A stretch of DNA of 62,798 bases, counting the filler, from Dugesia japonica (Eukaryota), in NCBI GenBank assembly GCA_001938525.1. It is 4 parts of 4 records of this genome, joined end to end, with 100 filler letters (N's around TTAATTAATTAA, not from the genome) between each part and the next. Parts side by side here need not be neighbours in the genome. Positions count along the whole stretch, not along the records: positions 25,432 to 52,065 come from MQRL01532797.1; positions 52,166 to 62,798 come from MQRL01531294.1; 2 more parts are not named here. One strand, written 5' to 3'. Made by a program: the position numbers and the translations under genes. The notes below the pieces were generated by a model. That model had not been told where the DNA came from, searched no databases, and was given only the letters and a program-made list of their open reading frames with translations. Shown here piece by piece: positions 40,500-53,147 of this stretch (its first letter is position 1; every line of letters starts with the position of its first letter).

Positions 40500-41008
40500 G
40501 AATTTAAGGGTGTTCTGTTCCTGTCAAGGAACCGAATATTCAATTTGGAAATGTACTGTCAATAATTGAATAGTTTGAACGAATCTATCATCCAGAAACG
40601 CCCAGAGCTTGTTAATCGTAAAGGAGTTTTATTGCATCACGACAATGTGAAACCAAATACAAGTTTAATCACCTATCGAAAAATATTGGAGCTTGGATGG
40701 TATGTACTGCCACACCCATCATACTCAAGTGATCTTGTACCGTCAGACTTTCATTTATTTCGCTCTCTTCAAAACTCCTTGTGTCGTGTAACGTTCAATT
40801 CAGACGGGGCTATAAATCAGTGCCTTATTCAGTTTTTTGCCAATAAAAATAAGTCCTTCTGTCATCGAGAAATTATGAATCTCTCTGAAAGATANNNNNN
40901 NNNNNNNNNNNNNNNNNAACAATATATTATTGATTTATATAAATTTATTTAAATAAATATATTCTTTTAAAAACAGAAAAATGCGTCATGACTTTTCGAC
41001 AACTTAAT
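40500..41008 (+). mobile_element. Mariner transposase C-terminal (DD34D-type) remnant with 3' TIR-like end
   Basis: LLHHDNVKP...LELGWYVLPHPSYSSDLVPSDFHLFRSLQNSL; end ...CATGACTTTTCGACAACTTAATA. Confidence 0.88.
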
Positions 41009-41212
41009 AATAGTAATCTCATCATGGTCCCCCTGTAACTGCTTCGTAGTCTTTTATATGACCACGGACCTCAGTTTGAAAACGACTGTATTAGATAATG
41101 AAATGAAATTTATAAACAAATTTTTAAAATAAATAATTGAGTTCAATGAATTCAATCTTAAGACATTTATGCTTTCAGTTTAAATTGCAATTCAATTTTC
41201 TTATATTTTCAG

Positions 41213-41294
41213 TTGACCAAAAAGAAAGGGCTCATGGTCATGATCCAGAAAAAGAAATACGAGATAATGAAATTTTTCAACCCTATGAACGGGA
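41213..41294 (+). CDS. L1CAM/neuroglian-family receptor, cytoplasmic exon
   Basis: AG/GT bounded; (V)DQKERAHGHDPEKEIRDNEIFQPYER, like the L1-family YxVxEKE...DPE...FxEY segment; phases 1/2 consistent. Confidence 0.85.
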
Positions 41295-43845
41295 GTAAGC
41301 AGCTTAATCTGATTTTTAATTATTTTTTATGTATAATGGTAACATTAATACTTCAGCATTTCTGGTAAATTTGTAATTAAATATTTTCGATTTGTATCTG
41401 TATGTACCATTTCAATTGATGTTAATAAAAAATATAATTAATCATAGTTTTTATATTAATTGTTATTTTATTATTTATAGTGTCATGTATAAGATATTTT
41501 TAAGTTTTCATTAAAAAACGTCTAAACGTTTCCTAATGCTTTCTAATTGAAGTCATTTTATATTTTTCACAATTTTGTATTAATTTAATTTAATTTAAAT
41601 TGTCCGCCAATAATTAATGAATTTAAACCAAACAATTCAATTTGCCCACCAATTAATTGTAATACAATAAAAAACAGTTAATTCGTTTTACCCGTATAAA
41701 ATAATGTCATATTACTAAAATAAATTTTTTCTATCTGTCGGTGAGGCTTTTTTCGAATGTAGAATTTCGCGATAACCGATCATATAGCTATTAATGCTGC
41801 ACTTTCTTTTCTGTCTATCTGTATGGCTAATTTTCCTATCGATTATTACTACTTACAATGAAAATAATTGGTAAGTAGCTAAATAATTAGTCGAACGTGA
41901 CACTTACATACCACAAGAAGCAATAAATTACTCAATGCTCGATTAAAACCAACACACGTATACGGTGAGAAAAGCGTATTTTTCAATAATTTGATTGCCA
42001 CTGATGAAAATCCATGCACTCTGATTGGTTAATAATGAACCATACACACATACACAGTTAGCCGGTAAAGTTTATGAATAAACTAGATTGCAAGAATGGA
42101 AAACCAAAAACATTTCTACTCCCGGGAAGGGTTAGGTACTTTTAACTTACTCTGAACCAAAATTTTGTTTGATTGAAAATCCTTTTGAATATTACGTTTT
42201 ATTAATTAAATATTGTCGATAGTTTCAGTAAAAAGAAGTTTTTATAAAGTTATAACTTTTTTATTTAAAAACTTAAATTTATTTTCTTACAATCTTTTGA
42301 ACGAAAAGACCATGAAAAGTATTTCAAATCAGGAGTCTCAATTAAGACTATTGAGGTGGCGGCCCTAATTTTCATCTGATATATAAATTAATAAAATAAT
42401 AATACAAAGGATGCAAGATCAATGGTACACAAAAGATTAACGACTATTTTATTGATTTAAAGATAATATTTAGATTTTACCGATGTTTTGTTGGTATATT
42501 TATTGGTAAAGTTTTATCAAAATAATATTGAAGTTTTTTTCAGAAAATTATTAAATGGAATGTATTTCAGCTTCTTGAAATTTATTGTTCAAATGTATTT
42601 TGTTATGGAAACTAAAACAAAGATCATATCAAAATAACCATTTTTAGTAAATGATCCGTTGAAAAACAAAACTATTTTTTTAATGGTGCTTGATAACCGT
42701 CAAAGATTTAATATTATCAAACTACCTATGATATAAAGTATAGATGCATATTTTTAAAATAACTTTACTTTTGTTTAAATATTGTTTTGATTGTTTTTTT
42801 AGATTGGAATTATTGAATAGATTTTTTAATAGAATTTAAGACTTATGATTTAACTGTCGATTCATCACAGCTGAACCCAATTACTCATAGCCAGGGAACC
42901 AAAGCAAACGGAATTTATGAAGCTTTGTCTAAGGAGTCCATAGAATTATTAACCCCTAAAATTACGAAAGTTTTTGGAAAATATGATGACGATCGAACAA
43001 AATAGCCTAGTGAAATTAAAATCTTTGCAGAATCAAATAATGTTGATTTTTTCTCAACTTTTAATTTTCTAATAGATGGTTACGCAAAAGATCTGTGGCT
43101 AGCATTTAAGAGTTGGCAGAATGTCTTCGATAAAATGGCTAAATTTTTAAACGAAAGATTTCTCCGAATTATTGAAAAATATCGTGGAATTCGACAAAAA
43201 GAAAATTAAGTTTTTGAAAACTTCGAATTAAGATTTTTGAGATCGATCAAAGAAATATTTGAATCAGGATTGAATGTGGGTGAAAATGTTTTGCAAATCA
43301 TCAAGGAAAGAGTTAGTTTCGAAGATCTAAAAAAGATATTTGCTTTCAAACCAGAAATGAATCTAGATGAAATGCGGTAAGTGGTTGAAATTTTTTAGAA
43401 AAATGTAGAAACTTTTGTGGGTCACAAATAAATAATGATTTACTCAGAAGTGGCAGCTAGAAATTACAGACCAAGAATTAAGAAGACTGGTTTAAAAGTA
43501 TTCAAATACTATAAATCCAGGTATAATGAAACAGACGAGAAATTTCTGAAGAAATCAACGATTCCGAAAACATCAAAAAAGGTCATTTTAGAAACATGCC
43601 AACAGTTTCCATGAAATTTAATGTGAAGAAATTGTAAAATAAATCAGAAAGACTCCCTTCTCCAAGTGAAGAACAATTAAAAAGGCCTATGTTTTTGCTG
43701 CAAAATCATGGGCTTCTTAACTGCTGGCTTAAATCTTGTTTTACAATTACAATTATTGTGAGAATGATTGTTATACGTAACCATTGATCGTTTTTCAAAA
43801 TTCATTTAAAATCGATCAAAATTTGCTATTTTGGTTTATGATAAC

Positions 43846-43880
43846 AATTCTATTTTTCGACTTTGTCTTCGTCAGGAATG
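43846..43880 (-). ncRNA. Minimal type-I hammerhead ribozyme motif
   Basis: CATTC-CTGACGA-A-GAC AAA GTC-GAAA-AA-TA-GAATT: catalytic core CUGAnGA/GAAA/UH, 3-bp stem II, stem I ATTC/GAAT. Confidence 0.65.
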
Positions 43881-43901
43881 GACTTTTTAATTTCAAAAGT
43901 C

Positions 43902-43936
43902 AATTCCTGATGAAGACAAAGTCGAAATATAGAATT
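43902..43936 (+). ncRNA. Minimal type-I hammerhead ribozyme motif
   Basis: AATTC-CTGATGA-A-GAC AAA GTC-GAAA-TA-TA-GAATT; stem I AATTC/GAATT perfectly paired; predicted cleavage after A43931. Confidence 0.72.
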
Positions 43937-46299
43937 ATTTTCAAAAATCAGAAAAAATATTTTGATCGAAGCTTTTATTTTAAACGAATTTTAAATCTTG
44001 TTGTTTAATTTGTGTTTAATTCAAAATTTTAATGTTTAATTTGTGTTAAAGCTTCAGAAACTACCAATTACTCGAAAATTATCAATAATTAACAATTATT
44101 AGAAGAAGCTTACAGTAAGGAAAAGAGAGACGAAGATTGAAAGATGATCAACAATGACGTGAGCTTTTTAAATTTAAGAGACTCCATTGCTTTAATTTCA
44201 TCGATTGAGTCAATGCAATGAAAACTGAAAATCGGAATTTTGCTTCTAATTGTGATATGTATTAGACGAAAGTTTGAAGAATTTGGAGCATAGTCAAAGT
44301 AAAATAGTAAATGATCGAAATCTTGTAGGACACGGGTGCTTCAATATCAGTGATGGAAAGAGTGTGGATATTTTTCACTAGATAGATTCATTATTAAGTT
44401 AAGTGATACATTTTCAAAAGAATTGAAATCGGTAATGTGAAAAGAATAATATATATTGTGATTGTGTATGGAATAAATTCAGAATTTATTGGTGAGATAG
44501 ATATGTTTAATGCNTTTAATATTCAATTAAAAAGACTTAATAGATTAGATTCAGGAAATATTCACAGTAAATTCACTGATGAAGATCGCTTTAAAGCATG
44601 ATTACCAGCTTTTAAACCGAAAGATAATTTCAAATAAATGTTTCTAGAATTGTCAAAGCAATTTACGACAGATACTTTTAATCTTGTAAAAACGCATGTT
44701 GTAAAACATTTCATGTCAACAGTTGAGGATACTATTATAGACAAAATTCGATGTCAAATATATATGAATTGATTGAGCAACTAATTGAAAGCGATATTAT
44801 CGATGAATGCAGAAGTCCTTGGAATTTTCTAATGGTAATTATTGGTTAAAAGAATGGTGCGATTAGATTGTGCCAAGACTTTAGAATAAGAAATTATTTT
44901 ACAAATAAGTTTTCATTCCTCCTGCCAGATCCACAAACCTTGTTTGATTACCTTTATGTACTATCTTTTCAACATTGGTTGCGAGACAAGTTTATTATCA
45001 AGTAGAATTAAACGAAAAAGATATATTTAAAATGGCATTTTCAATAAAGAAGGAACAATATTCCTATAACCGCATACTATTAGGGTTATCTACTGCTCCA
45101 GCTTCATTTCATACAGTTTTGGATGGGATTTTATTTTGAGGTGTAGTTTTATATATTAATGACATTTTAATATTCCCAAAAAGTCGATCAGAAAAAAATT
45201 AAATACTTGAAATTTTATTAAATCATTAAATTATTATATATAATAATAATATGCAAATGGACTTTTAATTTATTCAATATTTAATGTTTAAAATAGAAAT
45301 ATATTTGAAATTAATTTTATTTCATTGAATTTTAATTGGTTAATTTATTTAATTATTGTAAATTACATTAATTTTAGGTTTATGTTTTTGAATTAGTAAT
45401 TCTTCATGTTTTTTTCTGTGAAGTGTAGAAATATAGTCTGTTCCTAATGTTTTCCATGTTATATGATGTTGTTCTGGTGAAATTTTATGTTTGTGTTGAA
45501 AGTATTTGAAAACTTCACTTTCTTTTTGCTTGAGGTATTCCTTAATTCTTGTTCGATTCTTTTCGTTTAATCACAAGAGATTTATTTTTTTTATTCGTTT
45601 ATTATACAGAGTGGTTTGGAAAAATCGCAATGTAAATAGGCGATGAGTAAAATTTATGTGCGATCACAATTAATTACAGTGTTTGTTTTAGCCCCATCAA
45701 AAATTTTGTTATTATTATTATTAATATATTATTTTATGATATCATATTTTATATAATATAACTTTATTATATTTTATTTTATATTAATATATTATTATTA
45801 ATATATTATTATTAATATATTATTATTAATATATTACTATTAATATATTATTAATAATATAATAAAATAAATATAATAAAGAGAATTATTTAACTTTTAA
45901 TGAAGTTCATTAAAATTATCGCCAGAATAGGAGACAAAGTTTTACCCATTTCCAGACCACCTTTTTGTTTAAAAGGTTGTTCACTGATAAAAATGCTATC
46001 AGAGACAAGGCATGTGTAGTTTTCAATTGCCTACTCAATAGTATCAAATTCAAGTCTTGGTGATAAAAATTTAAGGCGGGGTGCGGTTTTTAAACTTTAA
46101 AATTTCAAATCTTTAATAACTCTTGACTAACATATCAGATTGATATTTTGAGGAAGCAGTTATGGTCATCAAGCTTTTACGAGTCCAACGATAAGAAGTT
46201 TGTCATCATAGCATGTATCTAATCGTTTTAATTGTAATTTTAAAATTGATGTATTTCATGTTGGCTGATGTGCCATTATCTTCCTACTCTCATGTCTAT

Positions 46300-47560
46300 C
46301 ATTTTTCGCCATGAAGAAAACATTTTTCATCTTAAGTCAATGTATAGATGGTTTTCGATTCTCATCTCATTGATGATAGTTTCAACTCAAATAATTGAAA
46401 TCGCTCACTGTTAAGTCAAAAGTTTAGTTTTATCAATTTCACCGTTAGGAAAATATTTGCCAAAACAAATTAAACATTTCAATATACACTAAAAGTGTCT
46501 GATAAAGCACAACTTGCTTCATACGAAATAGCTCAACTTATTTCATAAAAAAGCGATACCTCATTCAATTGCAAAAATGTTGGTCAGTCTTGCTTGTTGT
46601 ATCATGGTGAAATATATGTTTGGTCAAAATCTAGAATCTTAAATAAATAAAATTCCTCTTTCAAACAGTACTATTAATAGGCGAATAATTGATATGTCGG
46701 AATGGTCAAATTTTTGCTCTGCAAATTGATAACTATTGTATATCAATGTGAAAGCAAAATTAATAGGATTTTTCGATTTATTAATGGAGATATTGCCAGG
46801 AAGAACAACAGAACGAGAAATAATTAATATTGTGGATAATATTTTGGAAAAAAAGCAGTTAATTTGGAATTTTTGTACAGGTATTTGTACAGATAGTACT
46901 TCATCAATGGTCGGACACAAAAAATGTTTTTTATGAAGTTTGCAAAGCAAAAAACTTCCAATCTGATTTCTACACATTTTATTATTCATCGAGAAGCTTA
47001 AGTATTTACAACTCTTCTAACAAAATTAAGCATTGTTCTAATTTGGGTAAAAAAATTATTTAATCATATTAAAAGCAGACCTTTAAAATCATGAATTTTT
47101 AAAGAATTGTGGACAGCATGGAAGCTAACTATAATGATTTATTACTGCATAATGATGTTCGTTGGCTTTCCAGAGGAAAGGTTTTAACCCGTGTATTTGA
47201 ATTGAAAGCAGAATTTTATATGTTTTTTGAAAATGAAGTATGTAAAATGACAATATTCTAACGATAATACAAAGATTTTATGATTACAGAACAAGCCGAA
47301 CTGATTTTTATCATCTGATGAAACATTAAGAATTAAACATTCGAATTTTTTTGGATACTTTTTGTATTTCAATGAAAGATGAATATCCAAAATTATCTAA
47401 GAAAGTAATAAGTATTTTAATGCAATTTTCTGTCATATTCATATTTAATTTAAATATTCATGTGAGCTAGAATGTTCACTCTCACTAATATGAAAACTAA
47501 AAAACGATCAAGAATGAAAAATCTGGTAGATGAACTGATAGTTCCTCTGTCTGAAATTAG
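46300..47560 (+). mobile_element. hAT (Buster/Charlie, ZBED5/SCAND3-like) transposase remnant
   Basis: KAQLASYEIAQLI, KIPLSNSTINRRIIDMS, LPGRTT...GICTDSTSSMVG, HFIIHREA, IKSRPLKS, LLLHNDVRWLSRGKVLTRVFELK. Confidence 0.88.
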
Positions 47561-47786
47561 AAATAATAAAGCATTGTCAATCACTTATTTCACATTAACT
47601 GTCAATAACTGGAGTAATATATATTTTCTTTCGGTATGGTTCATTAATAAAATTTAATTTATTTTAAAGTTTACAGTATCGCGTTCTAATTTAATGTATA
47701 TTCTCTATTATAAATAAATTNNATTCCTTATTGTCAATAAACGAATAGAACAGTAATCAATCTGAAGTTCTAAATATTTATAAATT

Positions 47787-47938
47787 CAGTGTATTAATTT
47801 ACTAACGACTAAAATTAATTAATTAATTAAATTATAACCAAGAAATCGATTATATAATATAATATATAATCATATATAATCGATTTCTTGGTTATAATTT
47901 AATTAATTAATTTTAGTCGTTAGTAAACTAATACTCTG
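47787..47938. repeat. Near-perfect palindrome (~66-70 bp arms)
   Basis: 47787-47856 versus reverse complement of 47873-47938: 2 mismatches and one 4-nt indel. Confidence 0.9.
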
Positions 47939-48327
47939 AGAAACCATTAATAAACAAATCAAATTGGTAATTTTCAAGTTATTATAAAATACAAATAGAA
48001 TGTTATAAATATGAATTATGTTGTAAATGTCATTGAAAGTATATTTTCATTAAACTTGTAATTAATAGTTTACCATTTACTATATAAATGCTGAAAATGG
48101 TATGTATTTGGCGAAATTCAACCCATTACTGTAATTAAAGACAATGTAGTCGAAAGTATCATATTCAGTGAAACCTATTTTGGACTATAATAACATTTGG
48201 TATCATTATTTTTAAATTATATTTTCACTAATTCATTTAATTAAATTAACTTAACTACATTTGCTGATAAATATCTAAAAACATACGTTAAATAAAACTA
48301 AGAAATGAATAATATTGATTTTTTCAG

Positions 48328-48434
48328 TCACGAAACCAATGTTGTGCAACCAAGTCATTTATCGTTTAATGATGATGACAGTGTCGGAGTAGGAAGCGAT
48401 GATGGAGAACTAGATGTTTATGATATAGACCCAG
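48328..48434 (+). CDS. L1CAM/neuroglian-family receptor, penultimate exon
   Basis: AG/GT bounded; HETNVVQPSHLSFNDDDSVGVGSDDGELDVYDIDP; phases 2/1 consistent. Confidence 0.88.
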
Positions 48435-48534
48435 GTACAATCTTATTACAAGCTATCAATATTTACATGAATTAATTTTTGTTTAGCTTAAATAGTTTAA
48501 TTAAACAATATTTTATTTAATTTATCACATTTAG

Positions 48535-48614
48535 GCAAATTCAATGAAGAGGGTTCTTTTATTGGACAATATGCATCAGATCCTAGGCGAAATAAAATAA
48601 ACCACACACAATGA
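48535..48614 (+). CDS. L1CAM/neuroglian-family receptor, last exon with ankyrin-binding FIGQY
   Basis: (G)KFNEEGSFIGQYASDPRRNKINHTQ*; FNExGSFIGQY is diagnostic for the L1 family. Confidence 0.93.
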
Positions 48615-49309
48615 GAATTATCAAATCTTTAAACATTTTTTGAATTTTAGAATATTAGAAATTTAATATTATTGNGTCTAATTCATTTTTGTGTTACAAA
48701 TTGTCCATTCAGTCTCGGTGAAACAATTTCCGAATAGGTTTTTCATTATATGTCATTTTAATGAAAATCATTAAGAAATAATATGTTATGAACATAAAAT
48801 TAAAATCTTTGAAGTTCCATTCTGATTATATTCTTTTAAATGGACTATTTACTTTGTACTAGATTAATGAATGACATCTTTTATCGAAAATCTAAAATTG
48901 TAGATTTTCTTATAATTTTTTTCTTTTTCTGTATATTTATATTCTTTGTAACCATATTTTATTGTTAATATTATCGCATTTTACTCCAACGGTATATTAA
49001 AATAATTTTATTTAATTACTGTTTTAAGCAATAATTTGATTTTAAAGATATATGTTGTTCTTCACATTGTTATTATGTATATAATTAAAATTTTCTGATT
49101 TTTGTATCTTTTTTTATAATTTGTGAATTATTAATTAAATTTTAAAATCAGTGGTGTAGCTATGGTTTGTACGTCCCGGGCAATCATTAACTTCGCGGTC
49201 CTCATGAAACTATCTAATAAAAATTTTAACCTTCCTAAAAATCTAGCTTTAACTAAGTCTTTAACGTGGAAAANNNNNNNNNNNNNNNNNNNNNNNNNNN
49301 NNNNNNATT

Positions 49310-52065
49310 TCCGCTACATACCCTTCGCATATTATTTTGAATCTAAACGTCTCTTTTCTGATGGATGTATCTGCAAATCCAATATCTTATCCGAGCAATA
49401 TCCACCTAATTTATTCTTTTGGTTATAATAATATTGCTCGTCCTCTTTAGATTTCCAAGGGTATTTTGGTGAAAAACAAAGCATCATTATTAGGCAATTT
49501 TTTATCTTTTAGCTTGGTGTATATTGTTGAAGTTTTTTGAACAGGTATATTCTGCTTATTCCAACATTCTTCTATTTCTTGTTCTAAGGCATGCAAAAAT
49601 TTGCTTTTCACTTACCAACATAGGCATTTGATGTGGGCTGATAAATTTTAATATTTCAAAAGGACTTTCATATCTGTATCCATTTTTCTTTAAATTTCGA
49701 GGTTCTACCTTCACTAGAACTTCTTCCCCTTCAACAAAATTCCGGTGTACTCTTTTATCTGATTCATCATTTAATTTCAGTGCNGCATTTTTCAAATTTT
49801 TATCAAATAATTCTCTAACTTCTCCATTACTTGTATTGTCATTTAGTAATGGTCCATGAATCATAATTCAAACGGTAATACTCCAAGTTGCCTTTTGTTG
49901 TGTTGCATTTATTGAAAATTGAATTCGAGGTAATAGCTTATCCCAACTAACTTCTTCATATCCACTTTTTATTGTAGTGACATTCATATCACGTAGAGTC
50001 CTGATTGTTCTTTCTGTCAATCTGTTTGATTGATGTTGGTACGGAGACGAAAATTCTTGGGTAATTTCAAATTTCTGAGTCACTCTTTTCATCAATTTTC
50101 CTTCAAATATCTTGCCTCTATCTGTCAGTATGGATTTGGATTTGCCGAATATATATATATATATATATATCCAATTCTCTTTTATTGAGTCAACTACAGA
50201 TTTTTCATCTTGTTTTGCAATGGGTGATAGGCTAACAAGTTTGCTGTATCAATCTATAATAACTAAAACATACATTTTCTTTAACTTTGATTCATCAAAT
50301 TAAGCTATATCAATGACAATTTGTTCTAACGCTCCAAATTCGGTTCGAGGTAATAAAAATTATTTTGTTTTGCCTATATATGTTTTCCCAAGTGACATAA
50401 TTCTTCATGAATGTAATTTATTAAATCGACCACTGATTTATCTGCTAAAACAATCCTCTTTGTATTTTTATCAACAAACAGTAATACATCTTCTTCCATA
50501 ACAAATTTATTAATATCTCTAAAGTATTTACTTTTTTTAAATTTTTACTAACTTGTAAACTTTTATCTTTAATATATTCAATTATTTCTTTGGTAATATG
50601 ATCATTACTATGAATTTTTATGATACTTTCTTTATCATAATTTGAACTTTGTACAATATTTATTCTTTTAACTCTAGATTTTCATCTTTTGCATCGTGAT
50701 GAGTCGTCAAACATTGAGCACACAAACTTTCTCCTATTCTTGATAATCCATCAGCATTACCATGATCAATGTCTTTACGAAATTGAAGATCAAAATCAAA
50801 TTCTGCTAGGTTTGTAATTCACGCCTAGAACTGTGAACTAATTGGTTTACTTGTTTTCTTCATAAACCCTAATGCCTTATGGTCAGTTCTGGCTATGAAC
50901 TTTTTTCCGTAAAGGTAATGCTTAAAATGAATAATAAATTCGTGTAACGCCAATAGTTCTTTTCTGGTTACACAATAANNNNNNNNNNNNNNNNNNNNNN
51001 NNNNNNATGCATAATTAATAACAGTTTCCACACCATCTCTAGACAATTGACTCAAAACAGCACCAATTGCAATGAAACTTGCATCTCTATTTAATATCAT
51101 TTTGCTTTGAGGATTTGCAAATGCCAAGATTGGAGAATTACATAATTTTCTTTTAGTAGTTTAAAGTTGCTATCACATTCTTCAGTCCACTATACGACTT
51201 CTTTTGATCCAGTTATTGCTGCATATAATGGACTGGGATTTGTTGTGTAATCTTTAATAAACCTACGATAATAATTTGTCAATCCCAAGAAGGTTCGAAT
51301 TTGGGTTGCACATTTTGAAATAACAGCATTTTTTACTTTATTAATAATGTCATCATTTGTTTCAACACTTTTAGAACTGATTGTATGACCAAAAATTTGA
51401 GTTTTGATACACTAAATATATATTTTTCAGGATTAATTTTGAGACCAGATTGCTCAATTAGTTCCAATACATTTCTTGTTTCTGACCAAAAATTAAAATG
51501 CTATTAAGATAAACAAGCACTCCAGTAAATAACATCTTGTTGAAAATTTTATGGATTAATTCTTGAAATGTTGCAGGAGCAGTGCATAATCCAGACGATG
51601 TGCGATTGAAACAAAATTGTCCCATATTCGTGCTGAAAGCTGTTTTTAATTTTGACTTATCAGTTAATTCAATTTGGTAATATGCCTGTTCTAGATCAAT
51701 TGATGAGAAAAACATAGANNNNNNNNNNNNNNNNNNNNNNATATTTATATCTGGAACAGGAAATGAATATTTTTCAGTTACTGAATTCAATTTCCTAAAA
51801 TCAAGGCACATTCTGAGAGTAAAATCTTTTCTTGGAACAATTATTAATGGAGAATTCCATGGACTTCGACAAGGTTTTATAACATTTGCTGATAATAGAT
51901 TTTGTATTAACTCGTGTATCTTGCATTCTAAATGCATAGGTTGCCTTCTTGGATTTATAAATACGGATTCTCCTTTAGTTTCTATGTTATGGATTGTCAT
52001 ATTTGTTAACCCTACATCAAATTTTGAATTCATAAAAATGTGGCCATATTTATCAAGTAATTCAA
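49310..52065 (-). mobile_element. Ty3/gypsy pol remnant (RT, RNase H, integrase)
   Basis: SPWNSPL...LRMCLDFRKLN...YYQI...KTAF...TAPATFQ; DASFIAIGAVLSQ...YCVTRKELLA...RTDHKAL; SSPYQHQSNRLTERTIRTL. Confidence 0.92.
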
Positions 52066-52685
52066 NNNNNNNNNNNNNNNNNNNNNNNNNNNNNNNNNNN
52101 NNNNNNNNNTTAATTAATTAANNNNNNNNNNNNNNNNNNNNNNNNNNNNNNNNNNNNNNNNNNNNTTTATTTTTATTCTAATGATTTTTTTAATTAATTT
52201 TTGAAAAAATTTATTTTTTGCAATTTCTCTTGTTTGATCATCGGTCGGTCACAAATTATAACTACACAATTGGTAATTTATTAATGAGCGTAAAATGAAT
52301 TTTTTTAAGAAACAAATGATTTAATCAAGATTGTTAGTGAAATTATTGATTATTTTAAAGAAATCAATAGTTAGNNNNNNNNNNNNNNNNNNNNNNNNNN
52401 NNNNNNNNNNNNNNNNNNNNNNNNNNNNNNNNNNNNNNNNNNNNNNNNNNNNNNNNNNNNNNNNNNNNNNNNNNNNNNNNNNNNNNNNNNNNNNNNNNNN
52501 NNNNNNNNNNNNNNNNNNNNNNNNNNNNNNNNNNNNNNNNNNNNNNNNNNNNNNNNNNNNNNTATTATAAATCTAAAATATTTTTAATAGACGTATAATG
52601 AATAAAAATTTTTAATAAAATGATAATTTTATGTATACATCTTTTTAGATTGCATTAAGATCATGAAAAAATTTATTGTACTAAC

Positions 52686-53147
52686 CTATGTACAAGACCA
52701 TTTTCGTGAATATAACTTAATCCTTTAAGAACATCTTTCATAATTGTAGCAATAGTGTTTTCATCAAGAACACCGGAACTAATATCACGTTTATTTTGAG
52801 TAGCTTTTATAATATCTAATAAAGAACCTATTTCCACCAATAACATTTTAATATTTAACGAAAATAGTAACCTCTTTGACATAAATCCATGAGTATACAA
52901 AGTTCAGTACCAGCTACAAACGAAGCGTAATAAGTTACTATATTTTCATTTTTTAAATTTCTCATTCCCCTGATTTCTTTCTATTATAGAAAATTTGATT
53001 TGTTATTTTTAAAAATATAAATAACTTTAATTTCATCTAATAATGTTGAACTACTACATTTCTCTAAATTTATTATTTTCATAGCACATTTTCTATCATT
53101 TAAAATAGGACAAGAAGCTTCAAATACCGTTGATGTAGCACCTTGAC
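52686..53147 (-). CDS. SPAK/OSR1 (STK39/OXSR1, GCK-VI) STE20 kinase, partial; exons 53026-53147, 52872-52980, 52686-52827
   Basis: Spliced translation GQGATSTVFEASC...KCAMKIINLEKC...KEIRGM...NIVTYYASFV..TELCILMDLCQRGSLLDIIK...SGVLDENTIATIMKDVLKGLSYIHENGLVHR; GT-AG introns of 45 and 44 bp. Confidence 0.9.

Larger units (their letters stand above)
43739..43992. repeat. Foldback family copy F (palindrome with two best-preserved hammerhead motifs)
   Basis: Tail 43739-43800, arms ~43800-43887 / 43895-43990, loop TAATTTC. Confidence 0.85.
42800..45220 (+). mobile_element. Degenerate Ty3/gypsy gag-pro-RT remnant, interrupted by foldback copy F
   Basis: DTGASISVM (protease, ~44330); ECRSPWNF...IRLCQDFR, YYQVEL...AFS, GLSTAPASF (RT, 44800-45110). 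Confidence 0.75.
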
